Source: Anthoceros angustus (taxonomy: Eukaryota > Plantae > Anthocerotophyta). Taken from it: 64,000 nucleotides of DNA. The notes beneath the pieces were generated by a model. The model made no database searches, was not told the origin of the DNA, and worked only from the letters and a program-made list of their open reading frames with translations. Of the stretch, positions 1-10,439 are shown piece by piece. The position numbers were made by a program, and so were the translations under genes. How positions within the stretch are numbered: position 1 is the first letter of the stretch; every line of letters starts with the position of its first letter. The stretch covers positions 124,001 to 188,000 of the forward strand of contig VJWM01000203.1 in assembly GCA_010909165.1 (NCBI GenBank), read 5' to 3'.

Positions 1-39
1 GGCATCTTCTTCTCCAGTTCTACTTCCCCATCGCATTGC

Positions 40-640
40 GTGACAGGTGGAAAGGTCCGGAGTACAATGCTTTCGTGTCCCGAGAGCTCCATCTATTGGT
101 GGATATGCCAAAAGGCCATCAATCCCGCTGAAATACCAGCAATGCGTGCAAAGGTTGTGAACACTGTGGTTGCCTTGGAGCGCTATTACCCTTCAATGTT
201 GTGGAACCCTATGCAACACTTGGTCTTGCATCTGATCGATGAAGTCACCACCCACGGCACAGTTCATGCCCGGTGGATGTATCCCATCGAGCGTCACATG
301 CATGTCTTGAAGCAATCCATTCAACAGAGAGCCCAACCTGAAGGCTCCATTGCAACAGGCTACCTAGCTATGGAAAGTATGTTTCACGCAGGGGACTACC
401 TCGCTGCTAGAAACCCTTCGGAAGCCCATTTATTTGAACACACCTCGATAGAGCGGAGTGCTGAGCGGTCGATTGGGAAAGAAAAGGCAAGGACATTGAC
501 TGCATTGGAGGAAAAGCAGCTGCACTGGCATTTCTTGTTGCACTCGAAAACCGTTGAGAGAATCCACGTGGAGTTTGATGCCGAGCATTCCAATCGGGCA
601 TCATTGTTAAATCTAACTACCCCAACAAGGCCGGTAAGCT
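40..640 (+). mobile_element. CACTA/En-Spm transposase (TnpD) fragment, DUF4218-like region
   Basis: Translation LERYYP...MQHLVLHL...GTVHARWMYPIERHMHVLK...PEGSIATGY matches the conserved C-terminal part of plant CACTA transposases; truncated by the window start. Confidence 0.85.
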
Positions 641-649
641 CTCATGAGC

Positions 650-783
650 AGTTTGTGTTAAGTGCGCAATGTCATCATGGTACCCTAATTTGTATCAAGG
701 CCAAAATCAATGGCAGAAAGTGCAGGCTCTTGATTGATTTCGGGACAACTGCTAATTTCTTATCCGAAACTTGCATTAGGTAG
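650..783 (+). mobile_element. Retropepsin-like aspartic protease fragment (Ty3/gypsy) fused to the CACTA remnant
   Basis: IKAKINGRKCRLLIDFGTTANFLS resembles the retroviral protease LxDSGA motif, here degenerate. Confidence 0.55.
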
Positions 784-2272
784 TTTGAAGTTGCTATGCA
801 TCTCGACAAACAGCCCTCTGGAGGGCTTTCTTTTTTGGAGAGCGAGGAAAAAGCCATGGACAAGGGAGCAAGAGCACGCAGATGAATGCGTGTTCTCATC
901 CGCCCTGCGACTTTAATGGCGGGAGGGAACCTGTACATTGTTGGGCTTCCGATGAGCGATCATCCAGTCGCTTCTCATAATCGGCTGGATTCGAGCCACA
1001 ACAGCGGGAGGCGCCCTCCAAAGAAGGGCGCATTTTTTAGGAGGGTGCCCTTTTCTCCCGAAAAAGGCCTTTTCTGGAGGGCCTTTTTTTTGAGCGAGGA
1101 TTAAGCCACAGACTGGAGAGTAAGAGCGTGCAGATCAATGCGTGTTCTCATCGGCCTTGCCACTTTTATGGCAGGAGGGTGGCGAGAGAGTGGCATGAGG
1201 GGGGAAGTGACTGGAACCTGTATATTGGTGGGCCGAATGTGCCGCGTCCCTAGACAAGGTGGCGCTATTATGTAGTTAGGAGGTGGAAAAACAAGTGCTG
1301 TGAGAAGGAAGCTTAGGCTAAGGTTTGATGGCTATCTAAAGGATTGTAGACCATGTGGCAGAACTGGTAGGCGACTACAGGCAAGTGCTATGAACATGGA
1401 TAGTCGATGATACACAAATTGGTACACATTCAGAGGCTCTGCGTATTGCAAACAAGGTCAAAATATCAATTGTATTTATTAGATAGATACATAGTGTGGA
1501 AGACCACATGTACACTAACCCCTCTCTGAAGTGTCGGGATGAACGATTTTTTTTGTTTGGAGTGTGTTTGTTTGGCAAAGTGCCTTGAGAATCGCCGGGG
1601 TAAGGTCTTTTGTACGGGAATGGTCCTTGGCCCTTGGTGATAATAATTTTCTTTTTTTTCGGACCTTAGTTCTCGACCCCGGATACGTAAGTCGGAAATA
1701 GAGTCCTTGGGTTTTGGTAGTTGTAGAAATAAGAAAGTGTCTATATATGTTAGGTGCCTACATCCGCGCCAGCAGCTCAAGAGGGAGGTGGCCGCCCACC
1801 ACGGTGGTCAAGAACGGACGATGCACTGTGGGAGTTTACAACCCTAGTGGCGAGCGGGCCGCTACCGGAGCAATCGAGACGGACACACCCGGCCGCGCAG
1901 GTCGAGGCGGGCGTGAGGCGGAGCTGACAAGCTAGGCGCGCATGCAACCGCGCTGGGCCGAGTCTGCTCATTGCAGTAGGAGGCGCTACCGCCCAACGGC
2001 GGTGGCGGCGGAGGAAGGAAACCAAAGCTCATGGCGCGAAGGAGGAAAAAGAGGCGCTGAGGAAAGAGCGCCAGCGCAAAGGGGAGTGGAGGAGACGTGC
2101 AAGGGTGGTGTTCCCTTTTCTCACCAGGCAGTGGGTCGGGTTCTTTTTTTCTGAGAACCAAGGAGAAAGGGAGATGGCGCCGAGTCAATCAAATTTACTC
2201 ATGCAAAGGCCCAACATGGACCACTGGAAGGTGAGAGCTGGCAGCCTGGTGTAGGAGCTGGGTCTGGAATTT

Positions 2273-3007
2273 ATGGAGAAGAAATGGTGTTACGACAGCC
2301 CAGCATTGGTGCAAGAGTGTGCCCGGCAATTGAGGACTAGGTCGCAAGAGGGCGACGCGAGAAAGAGGCCGCAAAACTGGGATTTGGGGCTCTTTCGAGC
2401 AGTGTATGGGCGAGAAGCATCAGAGGATGGAAGCTTGGTAATTGACCCCCAGAGAAAGAAGACCCTGAGAGCTGCAGCGGCCGCGCTCATGAAGCCTGGA
2501 GAAGTGAGGGTGAACAATGGATGGGTGACTCGCCAACTCGTGTCTGCGCAGCTGGTGGGATTGGCCAAGTGGATTTTGTGTTTCCTACAGAACAGGAAGT
2601 TGGATCATATGGCAGACCACTTCCTGGTCTTTCTTCATGAGGTGGTTAAGGGTACACAAATCGATTGGGGGCGGATGATCTTTGAAAGAGCCTGTGAGGA
2701 GAAGGCGAATTTGCTCTCCCCTTCTCCTCGGCCCTCCTTGATTTCACCTTTTCTAATTCATGTGTTCGCGCATTCCGAGTGTCTAATGGAGTTGAAGTCA
2801 GGTCCGCCTTCATAGCCGGAAACCGCCGTGAACCTGGTAGAGGAAGAGGAGTGTAAGGAGGATTCCGGGGGGAATTCGAGCAGTTGGGAGTGCGCCTCCC
2901 TAGAAGATTCGGATGAAGGTGGGGAGGTTTCCAAGGGTAAGAAGCGGAGGGCGGCGACGGCTGAACGGGGGTCGGCGAAGAAGGGAAGGACAACCGCAGC
3001 AGAAAAG
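2273..3007 (+). pseudogene. Retrotransposon-associated accessory ORF of unknown function, interrupted by the Copia insertion; the frame resumes at 8083-8137
   Basis: ORF 2273-2815 (W-x-YDS-x-A-x-V-x-E-x-AR; IDWG; ISPFLIH) is followed by an acidic/basic tail. The frame ...TAAEK|EPTATPRVTRSKSAAGG* is restored when the Copia and one TSD copy are removed. Homologous to 62237-62640. Confidence 0.5.
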
Positions 3008-3266
3008 TGAAGGATCGTGGGGCAGCCATGCTGGTGGAAAGAGGAGAGGAGAGGAGGAGGCAAGAGTAGCTCTCTCACGTTGAGATGAGGCTTGGAGGGT
3101 ATTTATACCCTCCAATAGGGCTCCCTAGGAAGCTCCACAAGAAGCTCCTAGGAAGGAGCACAAGAAGCTTCATAGTGATTAGCTTGCTAAACTAATGATA
3201 CTTAATCGACACCTAACTTAGACTAAGTGTATTAGTCTAAGTACATTGGGCTTTAATACCCTTACA
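3008..3266 (-). repeat. 3' LTR of Copia element
   Basis: Direct repeat of 7820-8077 with a few mismatches and indels; adjacent to the PPT. Confidence 0.93.
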
Positions 3267-6200
3267 ACCTCCCACTTAAAGGCCAATTTACCTTCGTGGA
3301 GAATGGACTATCTCATGCCCATCGTGTCCGAGCTTGTGCAAATTGCTCGTAGAGTCCCTTGGTAAGAATATCTAGGTTCGGTGTGAACCTTGACAAGTTG
3401 TACCCTCTTGTCGTCCAACACCTCTCGAATGAAGTGATACTTCACATCCACATGTTTAGTCTTCGCATGAAACATCGGATTCTTTGCCAATTGGATAGCA
3501 CTGCTATCACAATGCAACACCGGCACTCAACCTTGATCCCCAAGTCTCCCACTAAACGAGCAAGCCATATGGCTTCCTTGCAAGCCTCGATTCTTTGCAA
3601 CATACTCGGCCTCTGTGGTAGATAGCGTAATGCACGATCGCAAACGAGATCGCCATGAGGCGCCCCTCCAAAGGCACGTGAAGACATAACGATGTGGACC
3701 TCCTTTTGTCCATATCCTCGCATAATCGCATCTGTGTACCCAACCACACATGCATCTTCACTACCAAAACATATGCACAAAGCTTTTGTACCATTCAGAT
3801 ACCTCATAACTCCTTTTACTGCCTCCCAATGCTTCTTGCCAGGGTTTGACATAAACCTGCTAACCACTCCCACTGCAAAGGCAATGTCAGGACGTGTAGC
3901 AATCATTGCATACATCAAACTCCCTACAGCTGATGAGTATGGGACCTTCTCCATTTCAGCTTTGTCCTCCTCAGAGCTTGGGCAATCCGCGCTTGAAAGT
4001 TTCACATATGGAGGCAATGGAGTACCCAATGGCTTCCCCTTCTCCATGTTGAAACGTTGAAGCACCCTGTTAATGTATTCCGTCTGAGACAAATAAAGCA
4101 GACGCTTATGTCTGTTCCGACGAATACGCATGCCAAGTATATGGCTCGCCTCTCCCAAGTCTGTCATTTCAAAGTGAGCATTCAACTTTGACTTCAACGC
4201 TGAAATCTCATCAAGATCGCTCCAAAGAATTAGCATATCATCCACATAGAGGATCAAAATGAGCAAGCTTTGATCCTTAGCTTGCTTCGTATAGAGGCAA
4301 TGATCCTCATCGCTACGTTTGTAGCCTTGAGAAAGCATAAATGAGTGGAACTTGTGATACCACTCTCTTGGTGCCTGTTTCAATCCATAAGGGCTCTTCC
4401 TCAACTTGCACACCAGATGCTCTTTGCCCTTCTCAACAAAACCTTCTGGTTGCTGCATGTAGACGTCCTCTTGAAGGTCACCATGCAAGAATGCCGTCTT
4501 GACATCCATCCGCATAAGTTCCATATCATCCCCGCAACCAAAGCAAGAACACATCGCAAAGTTGTCATTTTGACTCGGTGAGAAAATCTCATCAAAGTCA
4601 ATGCACAGTTGTTGCTTGAAACCCTTAGCAACCAATCGGCCTTGTACTTTGGTTTGCCATCAAGCGGTATGACCTTCATCTTGTACACCCATTTGCACCA
4701 GTGCCTTCTTATCCTTAGGCAACGAACCAACTCCCAAGTTTGGTTCTTATGCGCAATTCATTTCGATCGCATGGCCTTCTCCCACTTGTCTTTGTTACTC
4801 TTGAGCCTCTTTGTAAGAAGAGGGTTCCCCACAATCTGTCGGCATAACATAATCCAGATGGATCATACCGCCGAGGTCGTAATCCCCTCGACCCACGGCA
4901 CGTGCACCTCTATAGGAGCTTGTTCGACTCTTGGTTCATCTACGGTGGAGGAATGTGCTCTGCACATTACCACGTATCAACCCGCCCATGATGATCATGT
5001 CCATCTTCTTGGAAGATCACCCTTCGCACCTCCACGGTTGGAGTAGGCTTTGTGCATCTTGTTCTCATTGAAGAACACGTCGTTAGTACGAACAACCTTT
5101 CTAGCCTCGGATCCCACAAACGGTATCCCATCTCACGGAATCACCATAGCCAAGAAAAATACATTTCTTGGACTTAGGTGCCAACTTGTCCCGAAACTCT
5201 TTTGGAACATGGCGATGCCTCACAAACACTCGCAGATGCTTGTAGGATGGTTTCTTTCCGGACCATAGCTCCTCTGGAACTGCTCATCATGACCTTATTA
5301 GGAGATCTTAATAAGATGAACTGAGACATCGCCCAAAACCCATTAGGCAATCCGAGTTTGACAACAAACTACGCATCCTCTCACGAATGGTTCTGCTTCA
5401 TCCGCTCAGCCACACCATTTTGTGGAGGAGTATACGGCGCAGTCAATTCTCTTTTGATTCCCTTGGAATCACAGAATGACTGGAAAGCTTTCGAAACATA
5501 CTCGCCACCATTATCTGTCCTTAGACACTTCAATCGGTGGCCAGACTGATTCTCTACAAGGGTGACAAATTTCTGAAACACCGTCAGAACTTCATCCTTT
5601 TTCCTCAAAGGATAAACCCACACCTTGCGTGAGAAATCATCTATGAAAGTGACAAAATAGGAGGCACCGCCTAATGATGCAGTAGGCATAGGTCCACATA
5701 CATCACTGTGAACCAACTCAAGAGGTTTACTTCTACTTTTACCTCGTGTTCGATGTGATGATTTTGTCTGCTTCCCATATAAACAAAGTGCTCACACATC
5801 GAGAGATCGAGAAGTTAAGAACAGGATATAACCGTAACGAGATAAAACCTTCATTCCCTTCTCGAGACATATGTCCTAACCGCAATGCCACAAGGAAACA
5901 TTTGGTCGCTGTCACACGATCACATGATCTTTGATGTTTACAAGTGAGTACAAAGTGCCACACTTGATCCACGAGCTAACACAAGAGAACCTTTGGAGAT
6001 CTTCCAAGAGTGATCCCCAAACCAAGAAGTGGTAACCAAAGATCATCCAACCGTCCCGCGCTAATCATGCTCTTTGTCAACTTCGAACATGCCTAACGCC
6101 CTTCAAAGATGAATGAAGATCCGTTGTCAAACTTGAGTTGCACATCACCTACGCCTGCGATCTGGCATGCATAGTTATTTCCAAGCCTAACGCATCCTTT

Positions 6201-7258
6201 CCTTGTAGCATCATACGTGTTAAACCACTCTCTATGCGGAGTAACATGGAAAGATGCACCGAGTCAATTATCCAATTGCGTAATAAATGACTATCCACGG
6301 TGTTAATTGCAGATTCAAGTAAGAAGAGATAAGGACATCTCCGTCCTCAACGAGTTTAACTCTTCCAACTCGATGACGAAGTCGCCTTCTTGTCGCCCCG
6401 CTTCTTCTCTTTTCCTTGGTCCTTTTGAACTTCTCGCACTCTCTTTTGAAGTGACCCTTTTGTGACAATAGTGACACTCCACATTCTTGTTACGACTACG
6501 AGATTTGCTACGAGAGAAGCTTCTGTCCGGTTGCTTCCCCTTCGCAGTGGACCTCCCTCTCACTATGAGGGCACTGGAACCTTTGGAAGGTTCCATGTTT
6601 TCTGTTCACCTCCTCGCCAATGTGCTACCTTCTACATTTACAATGGTAAGACCACTAGCAAAGTGCACTACTCTGAGCGAAAAGGTGTCCCAACTCTCGT
6701 AATGTGACCAGAAACATAGCTCTCACTAACTGGGAACGTGATACCTTGAGATGAGAGGCTGAAAATGGTATTGAAATCATTCGGATGATCGGACATCCTC
6801 GTCCCTTCCTTCATCTTCAAGTCCACCACCGTTTCAACCAATACACCGAGAAGCCGCACTTTGCTTCTCATACAGTCACCGCCACAGTAACTCGTGGTCT
6901 TATCTTTCACATTGAAGTACACTGCTTTTGACAATGTTAGCATGATAGTAGATCTAGCAAGCTCATCCAGTCCCGCCACTCATCACGTGTCATACTATCC
7001 GGTTTGACGCCTAACAACTTTATGGGCTTGATGCTTTTTACGCACTAGAACATTATACACTTGTTCTTTCGAGCGGAAGTTAGTACCATCTAACTTCTCG
7101 ATATTGAACATGACGCTTTCGATGATGAAGACATCATGACTCAAAAATCGATACAGATAAAACACTCGACTCGCCTTGTCAGAAAAGTCAAAGAAGAAAA
7201 CAGTCACCGTGCGGTCCGTGTATTTTGCCGTTGACTATTCCACGAATATTTCGCGCCA

Positions 7259-7721
7259 CCGCCGCGCCGCGCCGCGCCGCGCCGCGCCGCGCGCCGCGCC
7301 GCGCCGCGCCGCGCCGCGCCGCGCCGCGCCGCGCCGCGCCCCGCCGCCGCGCGCCGCGCCGCGCGGCCGCGCCGCGCGGCCGCGCCGCGCGGCCGCGCCG
7401 CGCCGCGCCGCGCGGCCGCGCCGCGCGGCCGCGCCGCGCGGCCGCGCCGCGCCGCGCCGCGCCGCGCGGCCGCGCCGCGCGCCGCGCCGCGCCGCGCCGC
7501 GCGGCCGCGCCGCGCCGCGCCGCGCCGCGCCGCGCCGCGCGCCGCGCCGCGCGGCCGCGCCGCGCCGCGCCGCGCCGCGCCGCGCGGCCGCGCCGCGCCG
7601 CGCCGCGCCGCGCCGCGCCGCGCCGCGCGGCCGCGCGGCCGCGCCGCGCGGCCGCGCGCCGCGCCGCGCCGCGCGGCCGCGCCGCGCCCCGCCGCCGCGC
7701 GCCGCGCCGCGCGCCGCCGCG
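7259..7721. repeat. (GCCGC)n-based microsatellite, 100% G+C, in the Copia 5' leader
   Basis: No A or T between 7259 and 7721; GCCGC units interspersed with GCGGCC variants. Confidence 0.9.
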
Positions 7722-7819
7722 ATCTGGATCACCTGCAATTCCACGAGCGCCGCGGCGCCGCGCTCGCGGCTAGAAAATTCTAGCATCACAACACAACCAA
7801 ACCATGGCTCGATACCGGT

Positions 7820-8077
7820 TGAAGGATCGTGGGGCGCCATCTTTGGTGGAAAGAGGAGAGGAGAGGAGGAGGCAAGAGTAGCTCTCTCACATTGAGATGA
7901 GGCTTGGAGGTATTTATACCTCCAATAGGGCTCCTAGGAAGCTCCACAAGAAGCTCCTAGGAAGGAGCACAAGAAGCTTCCTAGTGATTAGCTTCAGCTA
8001 AACTAATGATACTTAACCGACACCTAACTTAGACTAAGTGTATTAGTCTAAGTACATTGGGCTTTAATACCCTTACA
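7820..8077 (-). repeat. 5' LTR of Copia element
   Basis: Direct repeat of 3008-3266; adjacent to the PBS-like sequence. Confidence 0.93.
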
Positions 8078-8124
8078 AAAAGGAACCCACAGCTACACCT
8101 AGGGTCACCAGGTCGAAATCGGCA

Positions 8125-10245
8125 GCAGGAGGGTAGATGCATGGTTTGGTGCTCACTTTGGTGCGTAACGGTTGAAACAACCTTCTTTTGTCCTCTTATA
8201 TTGAATATAATTTTATATAATTGATTTCGTTTCCAAACGGTCTGGTATTTTTATAGATGATAGTATTCTTATGTATGTATCTGAGGTTAAAATATGAAAT
8301 TAGATTAGGGAAAAAGACCTTGAAAAAATGCCTTAGTCCGGATGCTAAGACGGCAATGTCCTCGACACTTGTCCATTGTGCCATGTTATTTTCTGACCGG
8401 GGAGCGAAGGAACCGGGGAGCGAAGGAGGGAAAATGGTCCGTACTTTTCTGGCGCCCCACCCACCGCCCGGTGCACTTGTTAATTTTATGGGTGACATCA
8501 AGCATCTCGGTTTCATCAAGTACTTCAAACACGGTGAGCGTATGCGAGCATGTAACTGATGATCTTGATGGCGCCTAGTGGGTGCTTCATTGAAGCCACA
8601 AACAAGTTGGCTCGATGGAGGTAGGCATCTACACGCAACAATCCGCCAATAGATGCACGCGGCTCTGGAATAGCCATTTGTTGCGATTGCAGGCGTGGCC
8701 GATGGGTGGGTGAAATCGAACCATGTAGGCGGGTCCAAGCTAGATGTTTAGGGTTTGGTCTCACGCGGCGCGCATGGTTGCTGCAGCCATGTGAAGACAT
8801 CGTTGTCAGGAAAGGTCGTCAAGATCGGGCTTGGTGACTCTCTAGCGGCAGACACGCATTTTCGGCCCCTCAAAGAGGTATGGCACGTTCACGAGAAGCG
8901 AGGCGAGCAGCAGCGTGGCCGCGAGCTGCGAGGCACGAGCGACGGTTGTAGTGGCGAGCAAGTCCTGGAAGGGCGGATGCAGTGTGATAGAAGTGGGGCT
9001 ATCAAGAAAGCGTGGGGGCGGGAGGCGGAGGGGGATGCGGTTGGAGGCAGGCGAGGATCAAGCAAGGCTTGGGGATGTTGACCACTGTCTCACGGACCTC
9101 AACACAACGAGTCAAGAAGTGGAGAGGTGCAGTGGGCCGAATCGGCGGGGCGTGGAATGCTCACTTCGTGTGAAGCAGGAGGGTAGATGCATGGTTTGGT
9201 GCTCACTTTGTGCGTGGTTGAAACAACCTTCTTTTGTCCTCTTATATTGAATATAATTTTATATAATTGATTTCGTTTCCAAACGGTCAGTATTTTTATA
9301 GATGATAGTATTCTTATGTATGTATCCGAGGTTAAAATATGAAATTAGATTAGGGAAAAAAAGACCTTGAAAAAATGCCTTAGTCCGGATGCTAAGACGG
9401 CAATGTCCTCGACACTTGTCCATTGTGCCATGTTATTTTCTGAACCGGGGAGCGAAGGAACCGGGGAGCGAAGGAGGAAAATGTACCTTTGCCCCACCAC
9501 CAGACGCACCGCTTGGTGCACTTGTTAATTTTATGGGTGACATCAAGCATCTCGGTTTCATCAAGTACTTCAAACACGGTGGAAACCGTGTATGCAGCAT
9601 AACTGTGGTGATCTTGATGGCGCCTAGTGGGTGCAATTCATTCGAAGCCACAAACAAGTTGGCTCAGTGGAGGTAGGCATTTACACGCAACAATCCGCCA
9701 ATAGATGCACGCGGGCTCAGCGGAACAGCCATTTGTTGCGATTGCCTGTAGGCCGCGCGCGATGGGTGGGTGAAATCTGAACCATGTAGAACTGGGTCCA
9801 AGCTAGATGTTTAGGGTTTGGTCTCACGCGGGCGCGCATGGTTGCGCAGCCATGTGAAGACATCGTTGTCGAAAGGTCGTCAAGATCGGGCTTGGTGACT
9901 CTCTAGCGGGCGGACACGCATTTTGGCCCCTCAAAGAGGTATGGCACGTTCACGGGAAGCCGAGGCGAGCATGGGGTGAGCAAGCGTCGCCAGGCTGGCG
10001 AGCTGAGGTAGTGGCGAGCAAGTCCTGGAAGGGCGGATGCAGTGTGATAGAAGTGGGGCTATCAAGAAAGCGTGGGAGGCGGGGGGATGCGGTTGGAGGC
10101 AGGCGAGGATCAAGCAAGGCTTGGGGATGTTGACCCTGTCTCACGGACCTCAACACAACGAGTCAAGAAGTGGAGGCGGTGCCACAGGGGGCCTTGAGCG
10201 AATCGACAGGGAGCGTGGAATGCTCACTTCGTGTGAAACAGAGGG
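8125..10245. repeat. Two-copy tandem duplication, unit ~1.05 kb
   Basis: GCAGGAGGGTAGATGCATGGTTTGGTGCTCACTTTG starts at ~8125 and again at ~9176; the sequences stay colinear to ...CTTCGTGTGAA at ~9172 and ~10235. Confidence 0.9.
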
Positions 10246-10439
10246 TGGCTCGGGAAATTGGTCAACATTTCTTGCGTCTCACTTCCAGATACACCTCTGC
10301 GAGCAAACAAGACATCTTGGCGCTCTTTGGCGGTACTTTGTTGAAAGAGTATCGGGCAAAGGCTGCGAGAAGGATAGCGAGGTGATGATCATGCGAACTT
10401 GAAGGTTGCATGCTCAAGTTTGAAGGACGTGCAATTTGG

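Larger units (their letters stand above)
3008..8077 (-). mobile_element. Full-length Ty1/Copia LTR retrotransposon (Tnt1-like), internally frameshifted
   Basis: Near-identical TG...CA LTRs at 3008-3266 and 7820-8077, with a 5-bp TSD AAAAG on both sides. PBS-like GGTATCGAGCC and PPT AAGTGGGAGGT are present. On the minus strand: gag (IEKLDGTNF), zinc knuckle, integrase (VHSDVCGPM...FIDDFSR), RT (MDVKTAFLHG...LYVDDML) and RNase H (KTKHVDVKYHFIRE). Confidence 0.95.

Noticed and set aside
3308-7207. High frameshift density in a Copia with near-identical LTRs, which might suggest programmed frameshifting
   Set aside because: The indels are scattered and often in homopolymers; decay or consensus error is more parsimonious.
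7176-7895. Long Arg/Ala/Pro-rich ORFs (239, 182 and 201 aa)
   Set aside because: They are translations of a stop-free pure-GC microsatellite, not genes.
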